Source of the DNA: a virus
Taxonomy: Duplodnaviria; Heunggongvirae; Uroviricota; Caudoviricetes
DNA length: 64,000 bases
Reading direction: 5' to 3' (one strand)
IMG/VR virus record: IMGVR_UViG_3300032268_000658
Position 1 is the first letter of the stretch; every line of letters starts with the position of its first letter. Of this stretch, positions 18,008 through 27,272 are shown piece after piece. Below the pieces are notes generated by a model that was not told where the DNA came from, made no database searches, and saw only the letters and a list, made by a program, of their open reading frames with translations. Position numbers and translations under genes: made by a program.

Positions 18008-19536
18008 TCAATCTCATTAACATCCAAACGTGAAGCCCATTCAAATGTAACCTTATAGTTTTTTACTTTATCGTGTTGTATTGGTGATATAATCTCAAAT
18101 CCCATTCCTCTTGCATTTGTATTAAAGTCTTCTCTAAATTTTAAAACTCTATCATTATAATCTTGTTCATTATTCGGATTATAATTTGTAAATAAAGGCT
18201 TAAGGACTACTTTGAAATCCCATCTTGAACCAACACTATTTGGGTCTGTGTAAGTTGTTCCCCACATACTTTTATCAATATGACCAACAAGAACTCCAAC
18301 CATTCCTTCTATTGGATTATCTTTGACAGTTATTTTGTATACCATATCAACCATCTTTTGAAACTCTTTCCTTCCCTTTTCTTTCTTATAATTGTCAAGA
18401 ACCTCTCCTGATAAAAATTGTTTTAAATAATCCAACATTTTGGATTCATTCATTGGCTCCCCTTTTTTGTTGAGATGTTTAAATACTTTTCCAATATTCT
18501 TTGGTAATGAATTAATAGGGATTAACTTTGCTTTGATTGTTTTTAATTTGTGTCTAACCGCTTTCTGTGCTCTGTGATGTCCATCAATTATTGAAATGAA
18601 ATTTCCGTCATCATCAACAAATATTAATATTGGATATTGTAAGTCTGATTTTTCTATTTTGGCAACTTCTTCGTCATCATCGTTCCATGTTAATAACTTG
18701 GACTTTATTTTATTTACAGAAATATTCCTAACAGGTATTTTTTCTGTTGCATCTAATAAATCAATTAAAGTAATTTTATCACCTTCATCATTTTGCCAAG
18801 ATGTATCATGAAGTCCTTCGCTTATTAAATCTATGTCAACTTCCTTATCCTCAAACCATTTTAAGATTATTTTTTTTATATTCCTTTTTTTTCCGAACAT
18901 TGCGTCAATTGAACTAAAAAATTCAGGATTTATATTATATTCTGGCTTTCCAAAAACATCAAATTTAAAAATTAAATTGTCTCTTTCATCTTCAGGGTCA
19001 GGTAAAGTAAATGTTGTAATTGACCCATTTACGCCAGGAGGTGCAAGTTTAATTTTTTGAGCTGTTGGATAACTCATTGATATGTAATCACCTATTAATT
19101 TTTCCAACCTTTCGTTGGATGACTCAGACATTACCTCATCACATGACTTAACATTTCTTAAAAATACATCTGTACTAATACCTAAGAAGTTATAAATTGT
19201 ATGCCATACATCATTTACAATTGCGTCTCTTTCTCTGACCTTATCTTGTGTGTTTGGCCAACGATTTGAACCTACACCACCAATAACACTAACCATAACT
19301 TGGTAGTCTCTATTAAATGGGTCCTTATACATTTTCCACGGAGCAACTGCGTCAAATTTACAAATTATTCCTTTGTATTTGGGACCAATACTACTGTTCA
19401 ACAATTCTTTGATTGCTGAACTCAAGTCTTGTTCTGTTTGTTCTTTAAGTATTCTTTTGATAAGTTGTCTCACGTTTATAAATATCTTATATTTGATTAG
19501 TATGACACAGATAGAAAAAGTAATAGTTAAGTTCAT
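18004..19536 (-). CDS. ParB/sulfiredoxin-like nuclease domain protein; the real start may be GTG at ~19473
   Basis: ..ISIIDGHHRAQKAV.. ParB-like core. The first 21 track residues are hydrophobic junk. A GTG start would put the leader-like RQLIKRILKEQTEQ at the N-terminus and remove the overlap with the divergent 19502 gene. Confidence 0.55.
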   Translation of the reverse strand: MNLTITFSICVILIKYKIFINVRQLIKRILKEQTEQDLSSAIKELLNSSIGPKYKGIICKFDAVAPWKMYKDPFNRDYQVMVSVIGGVGSNRWPNTQDKVRERDAIVNDVWHTIYNFLGISTDVFLRNVKSCDEVMSESSNERLEKLIGDYISMSYPTAQKIKLAPPGVNGSITTFTLPDPEDERDNLIFKFDVFGKPEYNINPEFFSSIDAMFGKKRNIKKIILKWFEDKEVDIDLISEGLHDTSWQNDEGDKITLIDLLDATEKIPVRNISVNKIKSKLLTWNDDDEEVAKIEKSDLQYPILIFVDDDGNFISIIDGHHRAQKAVRHKLKTIKAKLIPINSLPKNIGKVFKHLNKKGEPMNESKMLDYLKQFLSGEVLDNYKKEKGRKEFQKMVDMVYKITVKDNPIEGMVGVLVGHIDKSMWGTTYTDPNSVGSRWDFKVVLKPLFTNYNPNNEQDYNDRVLKFREDFNTNARGMGFEIISPIQHDKVKNYKVTFEWASRLDVNEID

Positions 19537-19765
19537 TGATGATAAGTTTAGTTTTCCATACCTTTACTACGATAAAGTGGAACAGACATGGGCGAATGAA
19601 TTTTTCCTGTTTGATATTAAAACAGGTGTGATGTACGTTAGTGATGAGGTGAAACAAACCTTGAATAAGAAGTATGGTAAGGGCTATATGGACCAAGTAT
19701 TCGTAACTGTTATTAACTACTGGTTCATGAAAGGATATAAGTTGAAAGTTATTTCCATTGAGTAG
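19502..19765 (+). CDS. Hypothetical protein (start moved to the internal Met MTQIEKVIVKF)
   Basis: The track ORF 19373..19765 overlaps the divergent gene by 160 nt; the internal ATG at 19502 avoids this. Confidence 0.4.
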   Translation: MTQIEKVIVKFIDDKFSFPYLYYDKVEQTWANEFFLFDIKTGVMYVSDEVKQTLNKKYGKGYMDQVFVTVINYWFMKGYKLKVISIE

Positions 19766-19777
19766 TATTTATTATAC

Positions 19778-20761
19778 ATGGAGAGCCGCGAAAAAACAGT
19801 TAAGTTACTTGAATCTTTTTTATCTGATAAAGAGGTTGATGGTGTTTGTGGTTATATAGTTGACCCTGATGGTGAAGGTCAAATTCAAGTTATTGTTGTC
19901 CTTGATATTGATTACATACAAGAGGCCAATACAAAACCAGGGTTTATCGCTAGAATGATTAGAGAAGGCGTAAAACAAGAAATTAAAAAATGGATTGGTA
20001 TTGATGTATATGTTGGTTCAACCGCTAAGAAGTGTGATGAAATTGAACCTTTATCAGAATCAATGTCAACACATGTTAAAAGAAGATTGATTAATGGTGA
20101 ATTATTCGACCAGTTAAACACAATTATGGATTATGAATTTAACGCCTCATCATTTAACAGTCCTTTAGAATATCTCGAAGAAATTTGTAACGCTTTAACA
20201 GAACATACTCTTGATTATATTTGGGAAAATACAAAATTAAAGGTTAGTCTTAAAGAGAAGGATGAATTGTATTTTTATTTTATTAGAAAATATGAGAAGT
20301 ATATCACTAAAAAATATCAAGACGAACGTAGTGTAGATGAATCAAAAAAGAAATATGTTGTTACAGAATCACAATATAATATTATATTAGAGTCACAAAA
20401 ACACATTAAAGTATTTCAAGAACTTATTGATAATGAGATGGTATATATTCGTAGAGTTTGCGAAAAAGGTGCTGATGATTATGAAGGAGATGTTGGTGAT
20501 GAATCATGTAATCAAATTGAAAATGTTGAAAAAGTCATAGTTACTGATGCTGATTGGGTTACAGTGATGCATAGTAATCAACCATTAGAACAAAAATACA
20601 TGAGTATAAAACTTATGGTATATTTTAGTTCAATAAGACGTGGTGATTTTGATGCGGATGACTTAACATATGATTTAGAAAGAATAATACGAAAGAAGAC
20701 ATCAATGCCAATAATAATTAATTACGAATCAACAAATACAAACACATCTTTTGAGTGGTAA
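19778..20761 (+). CDS. Hypothetical acidic protein
   Basis: ORF. Confidence 0.5.
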   Translation: MESREKTVKLLESFLSDKEVDGVCGYIVDPDGEGQIQVIVVLDIDYIQEANTKPGFIARMIREGVKQEIKKWIGIDVYVGSTAKKCDEIEPLSESMSTHVKRRLINGELFDQLNTIMDYEFNASSFNSPLEYLEEICNALTEHTLDYIWENTKLKVSLKEKDELYFYFIRKYEKYITKKYQDERSVDESKKKYVVTESQYNIILESQKHIKVFQELIDNEMVYIRRVCEKGADDYEGDVGDESCNQIENVEKVIVTDADWVTVMHSNQPLEQKYMSIKLMVYFSSIRRGDFDADDLTYDLERIIRKKTSMPIIINYESTNTNTSFEW

Positions 20762-20944
20762 TTATTTTTCTTTTGAAATAATTCTAAATGTCGCCACTCG
20801 TTTACCATTGATAGTTGGCATACCGTATTCATCTTTACCAATTGTCTTTACAGTTGTTTTTTTATTTTTAAATCTTCCTGTATAGATAGTATCTCCAATC
20901 TTTAACGGAATATATATTCCGTCTATTCTATTTTCTTTACTCAT
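20762..20944 (-). CDS. Hypothetical small basic protein
   Basis: 60-aa ORF. Confidence 0.35.
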   Translation of the reverse strand: MSKENRIDGIYIPLKIGDTIYTGRFKNKKTTVKTIGKDEYGMPTINGKRVATFRIISKEK

Positions 20945-20976
20945 ATATTATAAATATTTATAGAAAACAATATATT

Positions 20977-21255
20977 ATGTTAGTAGACGATTCTTTAATT
21001 GGTAAAACTTTTAGAATAAAAGATGTTCCTGAAAGTGAACCGTGTCAAAATTGTAACTCTTGTTTACGATTAAGAATTATGGAACTAGGAATGTATTCAG
21101 GTGAAATGATTGAAATATCCGCACACCGTCTTGGTCTTTGGATTGTTAACATATTAAGTGATAACCAAAGTATTTTATCTACAATCATTATGAGAGACGA
21201 AGAAATTAAAAGAATTGTCTTAGAAGATGAGGAGTGTAGGGTTAAGTTATTTTAA
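20977..21255 (+). CDS. Hypothetical protein
   Basis: ORF. Confidence 0.4.
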   Translation: MLVDDSLIGKTFRIKDVPESEPCQNCNSCLRLRIMELGMYSGEMIEISAHRLGLWIVNILSDNQSILSTIIMRDEEIKRIVLEDEECRVKLF

Positions 21256-22244
21256 ACTTCCGCAATTATAACTCTTGGTTTCATACCTAATGCCGCTGCA
21301 GTACATAATCTTGTATTACCCGCAACTAAATGATACCTATCCCCAAACTTTAATATTAGTGGAGGATTATATTCTCCTGAAATTAATGCCTTTTTAAGCT
21401 CTAATGGTGATGTCTTATTGTATTTTTTTGCAATCGCAACAACTTTTTTCATCTCCCCTTTCTTAACTTGATTTGATTCTGTATTTTCAAGTTTAATCCA
21501 AACATCTTTTGGTATTACAATCTCTTTGGCTTTGGTAAAAGCTCTTACAACATCTTGAACTGTTATTTCTAATGACCCATCTCTGCTTAAATCCTGTACA
21601 GTCCTTTCAATCTCATCCATCTCATCACTAATGTACTCATCTTTTTGTTTTAAAATAGTTTCTAATTCATCCAGTAATTCAACAAATTCATCATAACTTG
21701 CACTCGCAATATAATCTTTAAGCCATGTATAAGTTTTAAAACCAATTTGAATCATGTATTCAGGGTTACTTTTCATAAACTCTAAAAAGTCATTTACACC
21801 ATTAGATTTTGGAGATATTTCATACAAAATCTCTTCATTAACAGATTCTCCATAAGTAACTTTATTAAATTCAGGGTATTTATTTTCAAATTTTTTAATG
21901 AACACCCCTGATAATATATTACACATATTTTCTTCAGGACCTCCAATGTCTTGAATCTTAACATTATCTTTGACTCCCATCTTTTGATTTTGAAATTCGT
22001 GAACCCACTCATGTGATACAGTTCTTAAGATATCAATTAATAATCTTCCTTTGGCTAATACAAATATTTCATTACCAGGCATTCTAACTCCTGTGGTCAT
22101 AGGGACCTCTCTCGCATCAGTGAATGTGATTTGAATTTTTTTATTTAATGGTAGTTGGGATTGTAAAAATTGGAGAAATTTCTTAATAACTGAAACCTCT
22201 TCCTTCTTTGGGAACTCCCCCGATTTTTTTAAACATACTTTCAT
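21252..22244 (-). CDS. ParB-like nuclease domain protein with an N-terminal HExxH-containing region
   Basis: C-terminal ..RYHLVAGNTRLCTAAALG.. (ParB-type); N-terminal ..TVSHEWVHEFQN.. Confidence 0.45.
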   Translation of the reverse strand: MKVCLKKSGEFPKKEEVSVIKKFLQFLQSQLPLNKKIQITFTDAREVPMTTGVRMPGNEIFVLAKGRLLIDILRTVSHEWVHEFQNQKMGVKDNVKIQDIGGPEENMCNILSGVFIKKFENKYPEFNKVTYGESVNEEILYEISPKSNGVNDFLEFMKSNPEYMIQIGFKTYTWLKDYIASASYDEFVELLDELETILKQKDEYISDEMDEIERTVQDLSRDGSLEITVQDVVRAFTKAKEIVIPKDVWIKLENTESNQVKKGEMKKVVAIAKKYNKTSPLELKKALISGEYNPPLILKFGDRYHLVAGNTRLCTAAALGMKPRVIIAEV

Positions 22245-22288
22245 TATGAATAAATATCAGTTTAAAAATGTTTCTTAACTTATTTTAT

Positions 22289-22633
22289 TTAATAATCTCC
22301 ATCGGAGTCCCATTCAGTTAGGACAAACTCTAATCTTATCCCCGACACATGACCGTAACGGTTTTTCCATGCAGTACCTTTAAGTCCTCCACTTGAAGAA
22401 AAATAAGTCTCATCTGAGGAAAGTTTATTCTCTTTGTCTTTAACTCCTTTCATTGCCGACCTAAGTCTTTCAATTGACGATTCTTTTAACATATCAACAG
22501 TCGGCACTCCTTCTCTCATGGCCCATTGCCAATCAAGAGCCTTCATTGCATTGTGACATTTTTTGAAATCAAAATTCTTTAAGATATTATCAATCATTTT
22601 TTCTTCCATCATATGTTGTGACAATCTTTCCAT
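22289..22633 (-). CDS. Hypothetical protein
   Basis: ORF preceded by a TTTG-N19-TATCTTTG promoter. Confidence 0.5.
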   Translation of the reverse strand: MERLSQHMMEEKMIDNILKNFDFKKCHNAMKALDWQWAMREGVPTVDMLKESSIERLRSAMKGVKDKENKLSSDETYFSSSGGLKGTAWKNRYGHVSGIRLEFVLTEWDSDGDY

Positions 22634-22654
22634 AATAATATTTTTAAATCTTAA

Positions 22655-22700
22655 GTTTATTTTCTACAAAGATAAGAAATAAAAAACCCCCAATCAAATT
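22655..22700 (-). promoter_or_regulatory. Bacteroidetes-type sigma-A promoter (-33 TTTG, 19-nt spacer, -7 TATCTTTG) for the 22289..22633 gene
   Basis: Plus-strand caaagata at 22667-22674 and caaa at 22694-22697. Confidence 0.5.
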
Positions 22701-22707
22701 GAGGGTT
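22679..22707 (-). terminator. Intrinsic terminator (minus strand)
   Basis: aaccccc-aatcaaatt-gagggtt hairpin with an A-run, below the 22711..23706 gene. Confidence 0.55.
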
Positions 22708-22710
22708 CTA

Positions 22711-23706
22711 CTATTTTTTTAAGTGATTAAATTTAAAGAATATGTTTTGTATCGGTGGGTCTTCTCCGTTGTGTCTAAATCTTGTCGCCATGTAGTCTCT
22801 AAGAAGTTCCATGATTTTAACTTTGGCTCTCTCTTCTGCTTTTTCTTTGGTCATACCTTGCATTTCCCCTTTCAAATAATTTTGTGAAGTAGGTTCTTCT
22901 CCATTATCGCCTCTACGAATCACATCAAGAATATCAACTGTAACAATCGCCTTATCACCTTCTTCTTCAATTGATTTAATTTTGAATTTAATATTTGCGT
23001 TGGCTGTCTCCGCGTCTCCCATCCAACTAAAAGCTTTTGCAGTTTTCTTTCTTTTGGTTAATTCAGGCTCAAACTCTTTAAGTTTCTTTAACTTATGTTT
23101 CATTACTTCCTCATGAGTTGCTCCTTGTTTTAACATCTTCATTTCTTCTTGTGATAATAAATAAACTACCTCTTGTAACTCATCCTCCCATTTAACAGGA
23201 TTTGCATTACTCATTTGTTTTGATGTTGAAGATGAATATCTACCAGTAACTTCATACCATTTCTCGTCTTTGAATATGTAAACAGGGTACCAATTATAAG
23301 AAACTACTTCATAGAATGGTTTACCGTTGTAATCTTTACTCCATCGTCCAATTAAATTAGAACCTTTAAATGGTAGTTGCGCAATCGTATATAATTTTGC
23401 TTTTGGGTTTGAAGTTGTTTTACCTTGTTGTTTTCTTGGGTCAATAAAATTACCTTTTGTTAACCCTGAATAGTCCCCATCTTTTCTGTAATTCAATACG
23501 TATAATTCTAATAGATATAATGCATATTCAGATGGAATATTCATATATGGAGCATAATTCTCAATGACTTGAATAAGAGAAGCTCTGGTTTTATTCTTCT
23601 TTTTCTCTTCATTCAACATTTTAAACAACTTAACAATAACGGGCATCGATGGTTCCCTTTGTTCCAATAAAACCTTAAGTACAATTTGAGATATTAATTT
23701 CTCCAT
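22711..23706 (-). CDS. Hypothetical protein
   Basis: ORF. Confidence 0.5.
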   Translation of the reverse strand: MEKLISQIVLKVLLEQREPSMPVIVKLFKMLNEEKKKNKTRASLIQVIENYAPYMNIPSEYALYLLELYVLNYRKDGDYSGLTKGNFIDPRKQQGKTTSNPKAKLYTIAQLPFKGSNLIGRWSKDYNGKPFYEVVSYNWYPVYIFKDEKWYEVTGRYSSSTSKQMSNANPVKWEDELQEVVYLLSQEEMKMLKQGATHEEVMKHKLKKLKEFEPELTKRKKTAKAFSWMGDAETANANIKFKIKSIEEEGDKAIVTVDILDVIRRGDNGEEPTSQNYLKGEMQGMTKEKAEERAKVKIMELLRDYMATRFRHNGEDPPIQNIFFKFNHLKK

Positions 23707-23722
23707 ACCTAATAAATATACT

Positions 23723-24115
23723 TTAGTTCCAGATTCCTTCAGATGTTATTGTTGGTTTGTCATTCCTGTCAATCATAACCCATTCTCCTTTAATAAAACC
23801 CCATGGTTCAAAACATTTCATTACTTGTTCAAGAGTAAACTCTTTGCAACTGTAGATATCAAACTGAACCATAGCTGGTTCCATGTTATCCCAAATGTGT
23901 ATTGACGCGTGTGACGTTGCCAATGTTACTGTTCCTGTCAACCCTTCATTACCAGGGTCTGAAACATAAACACTTGTGGGTCCTGCTACCACTTTCATTC
24001 CTACCGTCTCGACTAAATACTTAAACCATTTATTCAATAATTCCTCTTTCTTAGGAGGATTTGTTACCCAACACTTAACTAGCAAGTGTTGATGGTAAGG
24101 TGTGAATTTTTCCAT
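23723..24115 (-). CDS. Pyruvoyl-dependent decarboxylase of the AdoMetDC (SpeH/SpeD) fold
   Basis: ..GLTGTVTLATSHASIHIWDN..FDIYSC.. parallels B. subtilis SpeH ..[27 protein letters not shown]..; the proenzyme cleavage dipeptide reads T-S instead of E-S. Confidence 0.55.
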   Translation of the reverse strand: MEKFTPYHQHLLVKCWVTNPPKKEELLNKWFKYLVETVGMKVVAGPTSVYVSDPGNEGLTGTVTLATSHASIHIWDNMEPAMVQFDIYSCKEFTLEQVMKCFEPWGFIKGEWVMIDRNDKPTITSEGIWN

Positions 24116-24158
24116 TAAAAATATGTACTTTTTTTAATAGATATATATCACTATATTA

Positions 24159-24190
24159 AGAAAAACCCACACTTTTTAGGGTGTAGGTTA
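24159..24190 (-). terminator. Intrinsic terminator (minus strand)
   Basis: cccacac-ttttta-gggtgtagg hairpin with an A-run. Confidence 0.5.
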
Positions 24191-24198
24191 GATTATTT

Positions 24199-24936
24199 TT
24201 ACATGGTTCTCAAGATGCTCTCAGTCATCCCTGTCCACTTCTTAATTTGTTTTCTTGGAATCCAAAATTCCATCTCACCAATCTCCTCAACTCTCTTCAA
24301 ATAGTCCTCACGGAAACGAGTCGCTTCAGAAGCATCTTTGATATAAGGAACCTTCATGTGAGCTGCACATATCTTACCCATCCCTGTTAACATTGAAAAC
24401 TCATCTGTCAAATCTCTCATACAAGAAGTACAGATTTTACCTCTTTTAATGGTCATCTTACCTGCGAACTTAACCGCTTTTGGACTAACAGCTAACAAAC
24501 GAGTGATATCAATCAACATTGGGTTGAACTCCAACTCGTATGTCTCTTTCAATAGTTGACCAACTTTACGACCTATGATGATAGTCTCACCTGTAGTAGG
24601 CCAATTCATACGGATGGTCTTCTCTTTATCTTCCTCTTTTTGAATCTGAGCTAAAGCAACAGATTTTTGTTTCTCAGTCAAAGTACCATACTTTTGGAAC
24701 TTAGATGCAATGTCCTTAACGAACGTGTTCTCACCTGTGTAGTCAACGATGCGTTTCAAGTCTTCAGTCATTTCTTCGGTTTTAACGATTGCAACCGCGT
24801 TAAGACATTTCTCAACTGCGGCTAATTGGTTTGGAGTCAAACTGCCGTATTTTGATACCGCGTCTTTCATCTTGATGACGAAAGAATTTTGACCTTGGTA
24901 GTTACGAACTTTTTCGATGGTAGAGGTAGATGTCAT
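24199..24936 (-). CDS. Hypothetical protein with an internal duplicated ~45-aa module
   Basis: VIKMKDAVSKYGSLTPNQLAAVEKCL versus FVKDIASKFQKYGTLTEKQKSVALAQI; strong promoter upstream. Confidence 0.55.
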   Translation of the reverse strand: MTSTSTIEKVRNYQGQNSFVIKMKDAVSKYGSLTPNQLAAVEKCLNAVAIVKTEEMTEDLKRIVDYTGENTFVKDIASKFQKYGTLTEKQKSVALAQIQKEEDKEKTIRMNWPTTGETIIIGRKVGQLLKETYELEFNPMLIDITRLLAVSPKAVKFAGKMTIKRGKICTSCMRDLTDEFSMLTGMGKICAAHMKVPYIKDASEATRFREDYLKRVEEIGEMEFWIPRKQIKKWTGMTESILRTM

Positions 24937-24954
24937 AGTTTTATCGTTTTTGTG

Positions 24955-24992
24955 AATACAAAGATAAAGAATCCATTCGATATTACAAAATA
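24955..24992 (-). promoter_or_regulatory. Bacteroidetes-type promoter (TTTG-N19-TATCTTTG) plus conserved 5' UTR
   Basis: caaagata at 24959-24966 and caaa at 24986-24989; UTR ttcacaaaaacgataaa shared with the next gene. Confidence 0.55.
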
Positions 24993-25020
24993 AAAATCCC
25001 CTTTCGGGGATTTATTTTTT
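24989..25020. terminator. Bidirectional intrinsic terminator
   Basis: aaatcccc-tttc-ggggattt perfect hairpin flanked by an A-run and a T-run. Confidence 0.65.
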
Positions 25021-25021
25021 A

Positions 25022-25480
25022 TTAGTTTTGAGAGAATGCTTTGTCCGCCCAAGTCTTAGCTCCGAATCGACCCCAAATGTTCATGTCACACATGTCAGGG
25101 AATGATTGTCTCATATCTCCCACAGTCATCACTTCCAAGAACCCTTTGTCGATTGAGTACCATTTACCACCTTTAGTCGTGTATACGTTCATCCATTGAC
25201 CGAACTCGTTCTTTACTTGGATATTAACAAGACAGTTTTTAGTCCAACCTCTCATCATATCAGATGCGGTACCTTTACTGTCGTGGATGTTAACGAACCC
25301 CGCTTGACATTTGTTTGCGATACGGAATTCGTACTCTTTATTCACGTCTTTGATGTGGTTTGAAACCATTACAGAGACTCTCTTGTTCTTTACTGTGGTG
25401 TCAAAAGAACCGTAGAATACGTCTCCTGCTAATGTTCCTGTTGTTACTTTGATTACTGAAGGGGTAGTGGTGTTGGTCAT
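25022..25480 (-). CDS. Hypothetical protein
   Basis: ORF with a near-identical promoter and 5' UTR to the 24199..24936 gene. Confidence 0.55.
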   Translation of the reverse strand: MTNTTTPSVIKVTTGTLAGDVFYGSFDTTVKNKRVSVMVSNHIKDVNKEYEFRIANKCQAGFVNIHDSKGTASDMMRGWTKNCLVNIQVKNEFGQWMNVYTTKGGKWYSIDKGFLEVMTVGDMRQSFPDMCDMNIWGRFGAKTWADKAFSQN

Positions 25481-25499
25481 ATCTTTATCGTTTTTGTGA

Positions 25500-25536
25500 A
25501 TACAAATATAGTGATTCTAAATTTACCAGCCAAAAT
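25500..25536 (-). promoter_or_regulatory. Bacteroidetes-type promoter (TTTG-N20-TATATTTG) plus the same conserved 5' UTR
   Basis: caaatata at 25503-25510 and caaa at 25531-25534. Confidence 0.5.
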
Positions 25537-25958
25537 TATTTTTCACAAATATTCGGTTGATAACATCCTTGTCCTCCACCCTCAACATATCCTTCTCTTA
25601 AATCGATATGAGTAGAACGTAAATAAGGAGTTTCTTTACCACATATTACACATTTATCAAATGCGTCAGGTCTCACTTCTTCTTCTTTAAGTAGACATCC
25701 CAAATGGTCATAACCGACCAAATAGTCGTAATCTATCTCTGAGGTATCTCCTCCACAGATAGAACAGGTAAACGGACGATTTATAGACTTAACAAGACCG
25801 TCTTCACCTATGGTGAGTCCGAAGTGTTCATCATCGTATTGAGGTCCTTCTTGGTCCCTCCTGGCTTGCCAGAATTTATTTCTAACCAATCTACCCAATA
25901 TGGCATCGTTTGGTGTATCGAGGACTTCTTTTTCAGTTAAAATTACATTAATTGACAT
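25536..25958 (-). CDS. Zinc-ribbon protein
   Basis: CSICGG...C...CVICGKE...C Cys pairs. Confidence 0.5.
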   Translation of the reverse strand: MSINVILTEKEVLDTPNDAILGRLVRNKFWQARRDQEGPQYDDEHFGLTIGEDGLVKSINRPFTCSICGGDTSEIDYDYLVGYDHLGCLLKEEEVRPDAFDKCVICGKETPYLRSTHIDLREGYVEGGGQGCYQPNICEK

Positions 25959-26017
25959 AGTATTTGTTTTTTATAAACATATCCACACACTAATACAAAA
26001 TAAAGGTATTTATTAAT

Positions 26018-26410
26018 ATGATTAACGAAGAACTTTTATCGGAAAAATTAAAGTATTTGATTACCATGAATGCAAAGTCCACACAATTTGACATCATGAG
26101 TATACACATTGAATTTGATTACATTGACCAAAATCATACTAAATTAGCAAATTACGATATAGACGTTAAATTTGATTACCAAGGCGGGATAGATATTGAT
26201 ATGTATAGTTTTGCACACGATATTCAAAGAATGTCCGAAAAACTAAGAGATGTCTTAAACGAATATGTTATAACTGAAGAAGGTAAAATAGTTGAAGGAC
26301 AAAACTCAAATTGTTTTGCCACAGAACCTATGATTTTTAACATAGAATACGAAGCCGATACAAAACATATTTTTGACTTAGGTTATAAGTTTAATTACAC
26401 AAGAGAATAA
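26018..26410 (+). CDS. Hypothetical protein
   Basis: ORF. Confidence 0.5.
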   Translation: MINEELLSEKLKYLITMNAKSTQFDIMSIHIEFDYIDQNHTKLANYDIDVKFDYQGGIDIDMYSFAHDIQRMSEKLRDVLNEYVITEEGKIVEGQNSNCFATEPMIFNIEYEADTKHIFDLGYKFNYTRE

Positions 26411-26411
26411 T

Positions 26412-27272
26412 ATGAGCGATAAAATAAAAAGATTAGCCAAGAATGTTACCGAGTTACTTGCAAATACAGAAACTCCACAGGAAACCTATTATAGCTTGAT
26501 TCAGGTTATGAGAAAACAAAAGGACTATTTTCAACATATGTCCCCTGAGAATATAGTTAAATTATCATTTTATTGTTATTCCTACGCACAAACAAATTCA
26601 TTTGAGGAGTCAGATAAAATGTTGAATAATATTGGATTTGCAGTTCTTTTTAACAACTCTGGTGATAATCACAGAGAGGAATGTGATAATTGTAGTGGTA
26701 ATGGTGAAACAGACTGTCACAATTGTGATGGTACTGAGAACGTTGAATGTGATGAGTGTTCTGGTGAAGGTAGAATAACCTGTGACTATTGTGATGGTGA
26801 TGGTACTGTCAAAGAAGATGGTGAAATCGTTACATGTCCAGAATGTGATGGTAACGAAGAAGTTACGTGTACACAATGTTATGGAAATGGTGAAGTAAGT
26901 TGTGACAGTTGTAGGAGTGGCAAAGAAATTTGTGAATATTGTGACGGTAATGGTGAAATAGAAACCAGCGATTATGTATACGAAAGATATTTTATCGTAA
27001 CTTGGAACAGACAAATCAAAGAAAGATGTGAATACACAGAAGGAGATACCGACATAGCATTTAGTGAATATGATTTTGACAGATTGAGAGATGAATACAT
27101 AAAACTAAAAATTGATGAAAAATGGGTTAAATTTGTCAATTGGGTCAATATTAATGAAATATATTGTAGTTACTATAATGACAACCCAAAAATGTATCTG
27201 ACTAACGATATGGAATTGGACACATTCAAGTCAGATGATATGACAGCCTACACAAACTACACAAAAAAATGA
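26412..27272 (+). CDS. Protein with 8 tandem CxxCxGxG zinc-finger repeats (DnaJ central-domain type)
   Basis: CDNCSGNGETDCHNCDGTENVECDECSGEGRITCDYCDGDGT...CPECDGNEEVTCTQCYGNGEVSCDSCRSGKEICEYCDGNGE. Confidence 0.6.
   Translation: MSDKIKRLAKNVTELLANTETPQETYYSLIQVMRKQKDYFQHMSPENIVKLSFYCYSYAQTNSFEESDKMLNNIGFAVLFNNSGDNHREECDNCSGNGETDCHNCDGTENVECDECSGEGRITCDYCDGDGTVKEDGEIVTCPECDGNEEVTCTQCYGNGEVSCDSCRSGKEICEYCDGNGEIETSDYVYERYFIVTWNRQIKERCEYTEGDTDIAFSEYDFDRLRDEYIKLKIDEKWVKFVNWVNINEIYCSYYNDNPKMYLTNDMELDTFKSDDMTAYTNYTKK

Noticed and set aside
19474-19536. First 21 residues of the 18004..19536 track ORF (MNLTITFSICVILIKYKIFIN)
   Set aside because: A hydrophobic, low-complexity extension that overlaps the divergent gene. 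An in-frame GTG at ~19473 gives a leader-type N-terminus, so the ATG start is judged unlikely.
26610-27014. Minus-strand ORF antisense to the Cys-repeat gene
   Set aside because: It is an artefact of the repetitive tgtga/ggtaa sequence, and the sense gene carries a clear CxxCxGxG motif.
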